From contig CM035354.1 in NCBI GenBank assembly GCA_020137815.1, positions 8,723,341 through 8,787,340 of the forward strand: a DNA stretch of 64,000 nt. The letters run 5' to 3'. The notes beneath the pieces are model-generated. The model had not been told where the DNA came from. It made no database searches and worked only from the letters and a program-made list of their open reading frames with translations. Of the stretch, positions 40,904 through 52,732 are shown in pieces (the stretch's first letter is position 1; every line of letters starts with the position of its first letter). Source of the stretch: Hormiphora californensis (lineage: Eukaryota > Animalia > Ctenophora). The translations under genes and the position numbers were made by a program.

Positions 40904-42241
40904 CTGTTTGTAAAGTAGATTCTACTGATATCAGCAACTTGAACTGGAATCTAATTGCCAACACGGTTTACTCCCACGGAGAGCAGTTAGCATTTTCTTG
41001 CGTTGATGGATACACACCCTACCTCAGTGATGGACAGGATGACATTTCCACCAGTGGTGTTGTTATGGAGTGCAGCTATGGAAATCTGGAGTTCTCGAGC
41101 CTAACCAGTGACTACACAATCGTGTGTAAAAAGGACGGACTATCTGCTGGAATCATTATCCTTATCATCGTGATATGCCTCCTCATTGTCCTTACACTGA
41201 TATGTATCCCACTATGTATCATGTACTACAGGGAGGAGCGAGAAAAGGACGAGTACGAAATGTACAGCAGATCTGAAGAGGAGATGAGGCCGATGAGTGC
41301 GTACAGCTGTAGCAATCATGTCATTGTTCGGGGGAAAGGAGAGGAGAATCTAATTGGTAACAGTAACCCGTTCAAACTGTCTGATTTCAACACCTACATC
41401 CGGGACATGGCAGCTAATAGGAATGAGAAGTTTATAAAGGAGTTCAGAAGTATTCGAGTGGGTAGTGACAGTAAAAAGATTATCTCCCAGCTGAGTGATA
41501 ATTACCACAAAAACAGATATGGAACCATAACAACATACGACCACTCCCGGGTTCGATTACAAAAACTTGGTGGCGATCCTAACGCGGACTACATTAACGC
41601 CAGCTATATAAACGGATATGTGGTTCCCAACACCTACATCGCTACCCAGGGGCCCATGGATTGCACTATTGAGGATTTTTGGAGGATGTGCTGGGAACAA
41701 GATGTGAGCTATGTGGTAATGCTTACCAACATTGTACAGGGCGATCAACCTAAATGTGCCATGTACTGGCCCGAGATTGGCAAATCTAGCTCGTACGGAG
41801 TGGTAAAGGTTAAAACCCTATCCGAAAACATTTTCCCGGGATTTATGGTTAGGGAGCTGGAGTTGGAGGTTGAGGGGAGGAAGAGAGCAGTTCTTCAGTT
41901 CCACTATACTGACTGGCCCGATGTGGGGTACCCCAAGGAAAACCAGTTCCTCCACTTCCTCTACTACATTCGGCACCTGAGACAAGGTGACACTAAGCCG
42001 ATGGTGGTGCATTGCAGTGCTGGTTCAGGGTGGACGGGTGTGTTCCTGGCTCTGGACTTTACACTTGACAGAATCACAAAAGAGGGCACTGTAGATGTAT
42101 TGGGATGTGTGAACGGGATGAGGCAGCAGCGATCTGCCATGGTCCAGAATGAACCACAGTACATCTACCTGCACAAACTACTGGTGGACTGTGTTAACTC
42201 TGATAACTTCAACAATCTTCGAGCGAACAGATTCCGATCTA
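40904..42241 (+). CDS. Receptor PTP exon J: Sushi-like module, TM helix and single PTP domain
   Basis: ccgcag acceptor; TM GIIILIIVICLLIVLTLICIPLCIM; KNRY, DYINAS, YIATQGP, WPD, HCSAGSGWTG, MVQNEPQY; A|gtaagt donor (in-frame stop at 42249 if unspliced). Confidence 0.92.
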
Positions 42242-42313
42242 GTAAGTAACACAACCTTCTCATGGTCTAATTTTGTAGGAAATTTTCAAATGTGTCGCAC
42301 CTTAAATTTATGT

Positions 42314-42963
42314 AGGGTAAGCTGGGGTAAAGTGGCCCGCGGGGTAAAGTGGCCCATGTATGGGGCAAAGTGGCCCTAGTTATTACATGTGGTCACGTGA
42401 CTTTTTCTCCAGCGGAGACCTGCTCGTTCTGTTCCGAATTTTCGCTTTAAAACTGCTGTCATTTCTGTTTGGGTTGGCCGATTTTAATTTTGCAGAAACT
42501 GCCAGTTAGACTTTATAATTCTCTAAAACGTGGTATAAAAATTTTTGAAGAAATTGGCATTTTTGTTGTCTTAATTGTCAATTTTGTGAAATCGGGGCGA
42601 ATATGGCCCACTCTCCGGGGCAAAGTGGTCCGGTCTGGGGCAAAGTGGCCCATGTTCCAGTGCAGAACATGGGCCACTTTGCCCCTAGTTTGATCGTTTC
42701 GTCTAACAACACCAGGCACGTGATAAAATCGAGCAATGCTATTGGCTTGGGCCACTTTGCCCCGGTGCAAATTTTCCAAAAAACGCCTCACCAAATTATT
42801 TGAATTGATTAATTAACCCATTAAATAAAACTTGTAGATTTTAAAATTTAGCTCGGCTGAAAGGAAAAGATTTCATTGGATAGCATATGTAATTTTTTTC
42901 TTCCTGCTGTATAAATTGCGTATTTTAGAACCTAAAACGTTAAAAATGGGCCCCAGCTTACCC
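42314..42963. mobile_element. TA-TSD non-autonomous element
   Basis: TA|GGGTAAGCTGGGG...CCCCAGCTTACCC|TA; GGGGCAAAGTGGCC subrepeats. Confidence 0.75.
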
Positions 42964-42987
42964 TACTTTTTTATGTAAATTTATGTA

Positions 42988-44009
42988 ATTTTTTAGTTGG
43001 TTTGGGACTTCTCGCGGTGGTGGGAGAGAGTTAGTTTCAGACATTGAAAACAAGGAAAACAAAGAATTCGATATTTCGTCTTTCGACTTAATCATGAATA
43101 GAGAAAATATAATCAGCTCCTTCATAAAAACATCAGAAGCTGTAACCATTTCCACATTGGGTGTTTAGCCTTGGGCGTAGCCTCTTGATCAGATGGTCTT
43201 CAAGGAGGTATGTGACCAGGGTGTCTCTTGATCTCCCCAGGATGTCCACCTTGAAATTATTCAGGAAGGTGATCCATTCCCTGGAAACCAGGTGAGGGTG
43301 TTCGTCAAGTAGGTGCTCGCCGAGGGGGGCTGAGGGCGGCAGTTGGTGTCATTTTGGTGGCGGTCACAGTTGGTGACGCGGCCACCCCTACACAGGCCGC
43401 GCGAAGCGCGGCAACGAGGCCCGCGAAAGGTCACAGGTACAGTCTCTCTCAGGGGCCACTCGAGTTTTCAGCTATCTCTTGACAAGGTTGGCAACGGTTG
43501 TACCAGACTGTGTGACCAATTTAATTGGAAGTTTCGATTTCTTGATTCTGGTCCTGAGGATCCTCGTACTCGATTCACTGCAATAGGGGACCTTCAAGAT
43601 GAAGGAATTCTCCCAGGAGTCGGGGTTCGGTGTTTGGAGCCTTGGGGAGTCTCTGCCTTCCATCAGCCGCAGGATGGTGGTTGTGACCTTGTGTTTTGGG
43701 TAACCTGATGCCGTTAGGTTACCCAAAAGAGACACCCTGGACACATACCTCCTTGAAGACCATCTGATCAAGAGGCTACGCCAAAGGCTAAACACCCAAT
43801 GTGGAAATGGCTACAGCTTCTGATGTTTTTATGAAGGAGCAAGACCAAGTTTTGTCGAATCTGATTATATTTTCTCTTATTCATGATTAAGTCGAAAGAC
43901 GAAATATCGAATTCTTTGTTTTCAATGTCTGAAACTAACTCTCTCCCACCACCGCGAGAAATCCCAAACCAACTGAATTGTACTGCGTTGCCTCATTAAT
44001 TTTTTTCAA
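42988..44009 (-). mobile_element. 5'-truncated Penelope-like element with inverted terminal copy
   Basis: 12-bp TSD TAAATTTATGTA; ~42995-43229 is inverted at ~43728-43974; - strand encodes LKVPY...EHLLDEH...LLEDHLIKRLRPRLN (GIY-YIG-like C-terminus). Confidence 0.75.
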
Positions 44010-44028
44010 TAAATTTATGTATTTTCAG

Positions 44029-44099
44029 ATCTGGAGGGAGCTATTTATGTGAATCCAATCGCCATTCGAGCAAATAACGAGTACGAAAAAGGACTTTGA
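44029..44099 (+). CDS. Receptor PTP putative terminal exon K (NLEGAIYVNPIAIRANNEYEKGL*)
   Basis: ttttcag acceptor; phase 1 matches the donor at 42242; YxNP motif. Confidence 0.65.
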
Positions 44100-44384
44100 G
44101 TTGTGATCGTGACATAAAACACGAGTGAAACAGTGAAAAGCTTCTACTCCCAGGGAAAGGACTCATGGTAGAATTGATCGTCAAACCAATTGAATTTCTT
44201 GTCAGAAAATTAAAATCACACGCACTCTGACCCCGTGCAAGTGGCAAGTCTAAATATCATGCAAGTAGCGTAACCGTTGAGCTGTGCAATCAAAAAATTT
44301 CTGACAAGAAATTCAACTGTTATGTCGTCGTATGAGATAGCTGGAGAAGATGAAAAAACACTTGGGGCAGTACACACCAATCTC

Positions 44385-44694
44385 TATTATAATTTGGAGA
44401 TGAACGTCGTGATGGTCGTTCGTTCAGTGCGTTTCTACGCGACAGTGCTCCTTCATAAAACACTTTATGTGCCCAAAGCTGTAAAGGTGTCATTCACACT
44501 TTCTGGAGTTTGTGAATACTTTCGGATGAATTTTAACAATTCAGTCCGGATTCAGTCCCCATAGTTACCGTTGCAGTTGCCATGACAACCATGATTTTGG
44601 CGTATGTGAATAAAGAGCGCCCCAGAGAGCCACCCGGCGGAGCCGGGTTGGTTGTCAACAGTCCTTACTTGAGTCGCACCCGGTGGGTGCGCTA
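44385..44694 (+). mobile_element. Helitron-like element, same family as 2632-3700
   Basis: Ends CGCACCCGGTGGGTGCGCTAGT. Confidence 0.55.
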
Positions 44695-44869
44695 GTAGAA
44701 ATTAAAAATTAAAAATGGACGTTTTTAGTTATAACTCCGCCGTTTCTTGGCCAAATTGCATTTTCTTGGACTCGTTGGAAAGACGGCATCGAGCTCGTCC
44801 CAAGCAGCTTAAGAAATTTAAAATCGGCACAGAAATGGCGAAGTTTTAGCGCAAAATGCGTGTTTTATA

Positions 44870-47063
44870 CAGGGGTGGGCAAAAAAAATGTCCGCCCTAG
44901 ACTAGCATGGTTCCAGATATCGTAGAGCGCTAAAATTTGGCAGAGTTACTCTATGGGACAAATAAATAGGTTGACCAAAATTTCAGACTTTTAGCTCAAA
45001 ATTCATTTTTTTGATCGGAATGAACATTATCATTCATTCCAAAAAAAATGATTTTTCGGTCCAAAAATTAAACAGCTGTTTTTGGCTATCGATTAGCTTT
45101 TCAACGCGACCAAGAAAACCCGAAACGAACAACCACAAGACACACAGTGGGCGTGTTTCTGACAGTTAGTCAGGTAATGTGATCCTATTCATAAATCATG
45201 GAGCAATTTAAATTAAGTATACAGAAGTGGGTTAAACAAAGGTTAGAAATACAGAATAAATTAACAGAAAATTCAAAAAACTCAGAAAATTCACAGAATT
45301 TTAAAGGTATCGCTCAATATGCCCTCCAGCTTGTTGGATACAAACTGCACACCTTTTCTTTACGGACTGGCAAGCGTTTCTGATATGAAGAAGGTTGGTG
45401 TTCGAAGCAGCTCTCTCGATCGCTGCTCTGTGGAGGAGGTGGGAAGAATAAGGTCCGTTGATACCAACTTCACCCTTTAACCATGACCAATACCAAAAGT
45501 CAAGCGGGGTAAGGTCTGGGGAACGAGGAGGAAACTCGCCAGAAGTAATCCGTCGGGGAACCAACGTAATGACTTGGTTTGAGAAGGTCGATGAAAGAAG
45601 AGTTCGGTTCAGGACTGTAGTGTGACAAGTGGCACCATCTTGCTGGAACCAAAACTCCGACATCTGGACGCCGTTCACTGTGCACCAATTCTGGATGTGG
45701 GGAATCACTTTCTGTGTCAGCAGTTGATTGTATCCATACTGATCCATTGCCCCCTTCCTCGACTGCTGGACTTGTGACAGGTCCTTCAGAAAGAATGGGC
45801 CGATAAGTCCCATACGGCTGTTGAATCCAGCCCAGATGTGGATCTTGGGAGAGAAAGAGGATTTATTCACTGCAAAGTTTGCAGGAGGTGCCGTGCTGAA
45901 GTACAGGTTGTTGAGCTTGGTTCCTCCAGTCCCGTCTCGGGCGAAAGCTGATTCATCGGTCCAGATGATTTTGTCCTCAAAGTTGGGATCCAGGGCTTGG
46001 TGTGCAGCAAACCAGTTGGAAAATGCCAGCCGCCGTGCAGGATCAGTTGGATGCAGCACCTGTTGGAGTTTTCTCTTGTATCCTCTGACTCCGTTTGACT
46101 TGTGGATACGGCTCACGGCTCGGCGGGATGTTTGAAGTCGCAATGATCGTTTCTTAGTCGATTGAATCGGGGTTGCCAATGTATCCCGGAGCACTGCAGC
46201 TGTAGAGGCGGGTGATGTTGCTGATTTCTTCCTCCCGGATCGGCCCTTGTTGTTATTCTTAGAGTGTCCCTCGTTCGATACTGTCTTGTGGATCCTCCTG
46301 CATGATCTGGCGCTGGGTGGGTTCCGGCCGAATTTCAGGATAAAGCGCTGCTCCAGTTGAGGGTATTCTGCTCCATTCTCCTTCTCCTTCCAGATAAAGT
46401 TGCGTTGATGTGAAGTAAATTGAGGCATGATGCAATAATTGATTGAAAATTATCTGACTTAAATATCCTCCCTGACATGACCATGTGACCCATAACATGT
46501 TACCTTTCTTGATGAATTGTGAGGTGATCTTCATGAAAACAAGGTTTCGCCCCTCGGATCACATGAATCATCCCCGTGCGGCGTGCACCCGTGACATGAC
46601 TCCTGTCACATCCAGTATCTACCGAAACATGAGAATATCTGATAGGCCAGTCACAGTATCGGTCCAATTCCTCATTAGCGGCCTCGATACGTGATCCCCT
46701 ACCGCTTTAGCCAATTAATTGCTCTATTGATCCATGATTTATGAATAGGATCACATTACCTGACTAACTGTCAGAAACACGCCCACTGTGTGTCTTGTGG
46801 TTGTCCGTTTCGGGTTTTCTTGGTCGTGTTGAAAAGCTAATCGATAGCCAAAAACAGCTGTCTAATTTTTGGACCGAAAAATCATGTTTTTTGGAATGAA
46901 TGATAATGTTCATTCCGATCAAAAAAATGAATTTTGAGCTAAAAGTCTGAAATTTTGGTCAACCTATTTATTTGTCCCATAGAGTAACTCTGCCAAATTT
47001 TAGCGCTCTACGATATCTGGAACCATGCTAGTCTAGGGCGGACATTTTTTTTGCCCACCCCTG
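44870..47063 (-). mobile_element. Full-length Tc1/mariner element with ~333-bp TIRs
   Basis: TA|CAGGGGTGGGCAAAA...TTTTGCCCACCCCTG|TA; TIRs nearly identical. Confidence 0.92.
45301..46428 (-). CDS. Tc1/mariner transposase, rosa/DD41D-like with DD45D spacing
   Basis: Intact 375 aa; WTDES, QQDGATCH, PPRSPDLTPLDF, GGHIE; 45 residues between the 2nd and 3rd catalytic Asp. Confidence 0.92.
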   Translation of the reverse strand: MPQFTSHQRNFIWKEKENGAEYPQLEQRFILKFGRNPPSARSCRRIHKTVSNEGHSKNNNKGRSGRKKSATSPASTAAVLRDTLATPIQSTKKRSLRLQTSRRAVSRIHKSNGVRGYKRKLQQVLHPTDPARRLAFSNWFAAHQALDPNFEDKIIWTDESAFARDGTGGTKLNNLYFSTAPPANFAVNKSSFSPKIHIWAGFNSRMGLIGPFFLKDLSQVQQSRKGAMDQYGYNQLLTQKVIPHIQNWCTVNGVQMSEFWFQQDGATCHTTVLNRTLLSSTFSNQVITLVPRRITSGEFPPRSPDLTPLDFWYWSWLKGEVGINGPYSSHLLHRAAIERAASNTNLLHIRNACQSVKKRCAVCIQQAGGHIERYL

Positions 47064-47321
47064 TATAATAGTTGAAACACGCATGTTGCGCAGAAATCTC
47101 GCAATTTTTGGACTGATTTCATAGTGGGAGACACTAGCGTGGTACGCGCAAAAAAATGCGCGCCACATACCTAAAATAACAGGTGTGTGGCGCGCATTTT
47201 TTTTGCGCGTACCACGCTAGTGTCTCCTACTATCAAATTTCTTGAGCTGCTAAGGGCGAGCTCGATGCCCTCTTTCCAGCGAGCCCAGGAAAAAGCAATT
47301 TGGCCAAGAAATGGCTGATTT

Positions 47322-48127
47322 AACTGAATCAATCGACCAATCGGCTGTTTTTGAGTCACATAGGGGGAGACACACTGAAGTTGAGCGCGCTCGTTCAAAT
47401 CTCAACCTCGCGACACACACTGAAGTTTGAAGTTTTGCGAAAACCCATTATCGGCTGAGAAATCATTTGTAAGATGGTAACTTATTTACTGGTACATCTC
47501 TCGAGGTGTCCTTTATCCATACCAAGTCAATTTCACTGTTTTTAAAATGTTTGGCGAATTGGGACAACTGTGACTGAATTAGCCAAATATTTCAAAAATG
47601 GTGAAATTAACTCTGTATGGATAAAGGACACCTCGAGAGATGTACCAGTAAACAAGCTTGCATCTTACAAATGATTTCTCAGCCGAAACTGTTTTCGCGA
47701 AACTTCGAACTGTTCCACGAAACTTCGAATTTCAGCTGTATGGCGGCGCCATACCCCATTTGACAGTGCGCTCAGATGGGTCGCGGCGCCAGACAGAATT
47801 TCAGTGTGTGTCGTGAGGTTGAGATTTGAACGAGCGCACCCAACTTCAGTGTGTCTCCTGCCATAGTTCTGATACAATAAAATAGTGTCTATTAAGGACT
47901 GGTAGACGACTCGGAGATTTTATTTAGGAAAGATAATACAGGACGGTTCCGTCGTCATCAGCTCAAATTAATTTGTTTAAAGTAGTGTTGAAAAGTTTCA
48001 GCACTACTTTAAACAAATTAATTTGAGCTGATGATGACGTTAAACGTCGAAACCGTCCCGTATTATGTTTCCCGAAATAAATCTCCCAGTTGTCTGCAGT
48101 CCTAAATAAACACTATTTTATTGTGTC
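47322..48127 (-). mobile_element. SL-hammerhead retro-element copy 2 (two head-to-head SLs; MITE inserted at ~47364-47860)
   Basis: ~14-bp TSD AAATGGCTGATTTA (~47308-47321, 48128-48141); SL on - at 47962-47997 and on + at ~47998-48027, each fused to CTGATGA. Confidence 0.75.
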
Positions 48128-48324
48128 AAATGGCTGATTTATGACCAAAACCGTCCATTTTTAATTTTTATTGGTGTGTGCTGCCCCTAACAGTAACATA
48201 AACTGAAATAATAACTTTTGATAGCGAGATCGCATTTTAAACACTTTCTAATAAAGTATTTAATTAGCTTAGTGCTGCATTGATCTATCTGAGATAGATA
48301 TTATTACTATTAGTATCTCGACCC

Positions 48325-48493
<169 letters not shown>

Positions 48494-49844
48494 CGCTCTC
48501 ATTGACCTCGTCTCTGAGCGATTATTGGACTATGAGGACGAGAGATACGGCCGAGATGGACGAGCAACGACCGAGAAAGCGAGTTCGCTTTGGACCAGGT
48601 CAAAAGAATGTGAGTCATTAACCTCCCTGATATCTGTGCCTCGTTCGGCACCCGCACCTATAAAGGTGGTGTTTTTCTACAACTCGTCGTATACCCAAAA
48701 CTCTCAATTTAAATGATGCACCGAGTGTGTATTACTTTCTTTCGCACGTAATAAAGGATCTCAACACCACCCACGGAACACGGGGTGAACTATATTGGAC
48801 ATTTAATTATGACAACAGTAATTACAGGCATATCAAAGTTGCGTTAGCAAAGGATATGTTATATCTCGGGCCTCGTTAGAAGACGGTGCCGAAATCGCGA
48901 CTTCGATGCGGGGGCAATACATGGATATGTTTCACCTTGATTCATTAGTGCGCATAGGAAAATCATAACTGGGTCTTGTCAGGGAACTCTCACTCGCCTA
49001 GTCGTGCATGTAAACATCGAGCTATCATAAGTTCATAGGAGTGATCTGAGAAAAATTCGGGAGATCTTCGGATCTTACTGCACACGAATCAAGTGAGCTG
49101 CAAAATGCTCTTCCCTCACACGTCTTATGAAGACAGGGACTGATCGGATGCAATACCGTGTTGTTCAGGCTGATCACATATATACAGAGGTGTGTGTAGG
49201 CTAGAATGTGTGTGTGTGACGTCCCTAGCTAGAGCACCTAGTTCGTCATGAATACTACGTTAAGTTGTAGTTCAATTATCGAGATACATATCAATTTGGC
49301 ATTGATTTGCGCACCATGATATACTCTCACTGGCTTGAAGGAATCGACAAATCACTGGTGGTTTAAACAATAGATAGCCGTGCATACACACAATCTTCAT
49401 ATGGCAATTTAACAACGGTGTCTTCTATTTGGTATGTGATTATTACGACGTCCTCTAGAGTTTGACGTATGTTTAGGGATCTTTATCTAAAACTACTGAA
49501 ATTTAGGTTTCATAGCACTAAGAAATGTAACAGTCACCGGCCCCCACTTCCTCCTCTCCTCACTCGCCTAACGTCTAGAAAGGATCTAGACCATGCTGGG
49601 GGTGAGTTGAAAAGGGAACAAAGTATATATATTTTATAGACAAAGAGCAGAGTTGAGAAGAGACAATGAGTTGTGTATGCATCACAAACATAGTCCATCC
49701 GCAGGAATACATCTCTCTCATACCTAAACTTCTATCAGAAGATAGTAACAAACTGTTCAACATCATCACACGGCCAGGCATAGATTATAGATTCTGCCAT
49801 AACATTAGATACACCTTTACTTATCTACTCTTCTCAGTCTCTAC

Positions 49845-50246
<402 letters not shown>

Positions 50247-50319
50247 TATTTGTTGTTGAACTGTGAAATTTTGATGATGTTCAATAGTTGAAAATAGAGT
50301 TGAAAAACTTGAAAGGGGA

Positions 50320-50586
50320 TTAAAGTCCAATTTTTAATAATGTGAACGGGGGGCGCGCATTAATAAAAACATAATTCCATTTGCGCGTGCTTAATCTGGT
50401 TCCTGATAAGATAGAGACTTGTCATTGGTCGCATTAGAAAGATTTTTCTCTTTCCAACGCAACCAGGATCAAGTCTTTATCTAATCAGGAGCCAGAGATA
50501 TGATCGAAACAACCGACAAAAAACTTTCCCACGGTGCGTGGGAATTTTTTGCGGTTCACATTATTAATATTAAAAATCGGACTTTA
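50320..50586. mobile_element. MITE (second copy at ~29530-29818)
   Basis: TAAAGTCCAATTTTTAATAATGTGAAC...TTAAAAATCGGACTTTA. Confidence 0.7.
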
Positions 50587-51063
50587 GTGTTGTTCTCTCC
50601 TTGATTGCAGTGGGCATTATATGCTATAACACCTTGTATGTATCAAATACATTTGAATGGAACCCACTCATCAGTCATCACCCAAAATCACAGGTCACGC
50701 AAAGACAGTGGGACACCCTGTATATCGCCCTCACTACGTTCGGGCGATATATTGCATATCGCCCCCTTGCTCCGCAAGGGGCCGATATGCGGCCATATCG
50801 CGCCCTGCGCGGGCGCGATATATGAGCCATAAACTCTTGCCAGTGGCGCGTTATTTCAGATACCTTTCTCCCAGCGCGCCGCTGGGAGAAGGTAGCTGCA
50901 GTTTATCCGCCACTGGCGGATAAACTGGTTTAAATCACGACGACGATCCCGAGGCGTAGCCGAGGGAGAGGCGGAGGGGTTTAAACCTATAACGCGTCTA
51001 TGGCAAGAGTTTATGGGTTATATACCCTGCTTTTGTGACTCCGTGTTTGTGTGTATGTGTGTA

Positions 51064-51176
<113 letters not shown>

Positions 51177-51351
51177 GAGAGAGAGAGAGAATGGGAGGGA
51201 GAATGTACAGAGAGAGAGAGAGAGAATGGGAGGGGGAATGTACAAAGTAACTACTGTAGAGAGATGGGGAGTGAATACCTTATTTTGAAAGAAAGCGTGA
51301 GAAAACAAGTTTTGGTTAAACGGCTAAAAGTAGAAAACACATAATATGCAA

Positions 51352-52622
51352 TTAGTATCCCCAGAGTTTCCAAGCTCCAATCAGGACGAGTGCCACAGCA
51401 AATCCTCCAACGAAGGTAAGTAACATGTTCCACGGAAGTTGGTTCCACAAAGTAAGGCGGCTATCTGGAGATATGGCGTTAACAGCTTTACTGATCTCTC
51501 GGTCGGTTCTTGAAGAGTCTGGTCGGAGGTATTGGTAGAGGGCAGTAGTTGTCGAGTGACCGGTCCTGGTCTTTATCTCAGCGGCAGTCATCCGCTTCTC
51601 GTTCAACATCGTGGCTGTAGTGGCTCTTACTGAGCGGAGGCTGAGGTTCCGTTCAGAGGCCCCTTGGATCCCTGTTCTCTCGATTAAATTCTTGAAAATC
51701 AGGTTGTAAGAAGCCTTGCCCATACATCTACCTTTGCAATACCACGCGGTGTTGTTGGTAGGCGGTATCTTCCGGGGGTGGAGGAACAGCCTGTTTGTTG
51801 GCTCCTTTGCGTAGTCCACCGGCAGGTGCGAGAGGTACATTCGGAGGAAACATGTCAGAGAGTAAGAGTCCCCGGAGTCATCCACATGGACAACCACTTT
51901 GGGCTTCTTATTTATCCCCGAGAGCCCACCCTGTTTGTTTTTTGATCTCCTCTCGGTGTAGGTGATCTGTGTCGTACCGTCCTTGTTATCATAGATTGTG
52001 ATGGAGTCGATGGTGAGGGCGGCTAGCTCTTCCCCTCCCCGCAGGCAGAAAATCCGTGCAACTTGAAATACTAGTCCCTCTAGCAAGGAGAACCTGTCAC
52101 AATCAGCCGGTCTTGTGTTCAGGAGAATAACTCTAACTTCCTGATCAGTAAGAATACCAGGTTGAGTGTACTTGATCTGCTGTGTTGCTTGCTTCTTCTT
52201 CAGTAGCCCATCCACTACATTCCTAAACTGACGGAACATGGGGCTCGAGAGTAAATCCAATTCGGGGTGCTGCTCCTTAAAGTGTCTGTTTATCGCAGTA
52301 ATGCAGGCATACACGGTCCTGTGAGCTACGTTGTCGAAGCTCTCAACAAGGAAACACTGGAGTATGTAGTTCAATCGAGGGGGGGGGGAATCTCGTCCAA
52401 AGTAGTGAAACCAAATGTTGTTCCCTTGAGCCAGTTGTCGAATTTGTTAACTCCCCACGAAGTGCTCTTTCTTGTGTTGGGAGGTATCCTGTCTTCCAAT
52501 AACTGGGATATGGCAAGGTTGAAGTTCGGATGTGTTCCGGATTCTTCTTCGTTGTCCGACTCACTTAGTGAGGAGAGGTTAACATCGGACCAGTTGATAC
52601 CGGGGACTGAAGAAGAGGCCAT
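51352..52622 (-). CDS. Crypton tyrosine recombinase (DUF3504-type), one frameshift at a G homopolymer near 52380
   Basis: LRGGEE, SKNKQGG, RSVRAT, TGHS...YLR; the upstream ORF 52371-52622 (IPPNTRKSTSWGV) is the N-terminus. Confidence 0.8.
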
Positions 52623-52732
52623 TGGTATACCGCTAAAAAGTTAGGAATGATTAATTTAAAAACCGTAATAAAATAAGCGGGGTATAAGGAATCTAAAAAG
52701 GGGAGGGTCATAAAACATGAAGAGTTGTGCAG

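Larger units (their letters stand above)
44704..48170. mobile_element. Older TIR element hosting the mariner and SL-hammerhead copy 2
   Basis: 44704-44865 is an inverted, diverged match to 47070-47321 plus 48142-48170. Confidence 0.6.

Noticed and set aside
43831-43865. SECIS-like ATGA...AA...GA hairpin in the Penelope 3' region
   Set aside because: Helix pairing is poor, the hairpin is deleted in the other copy, and I saw no in-frame Sec codon
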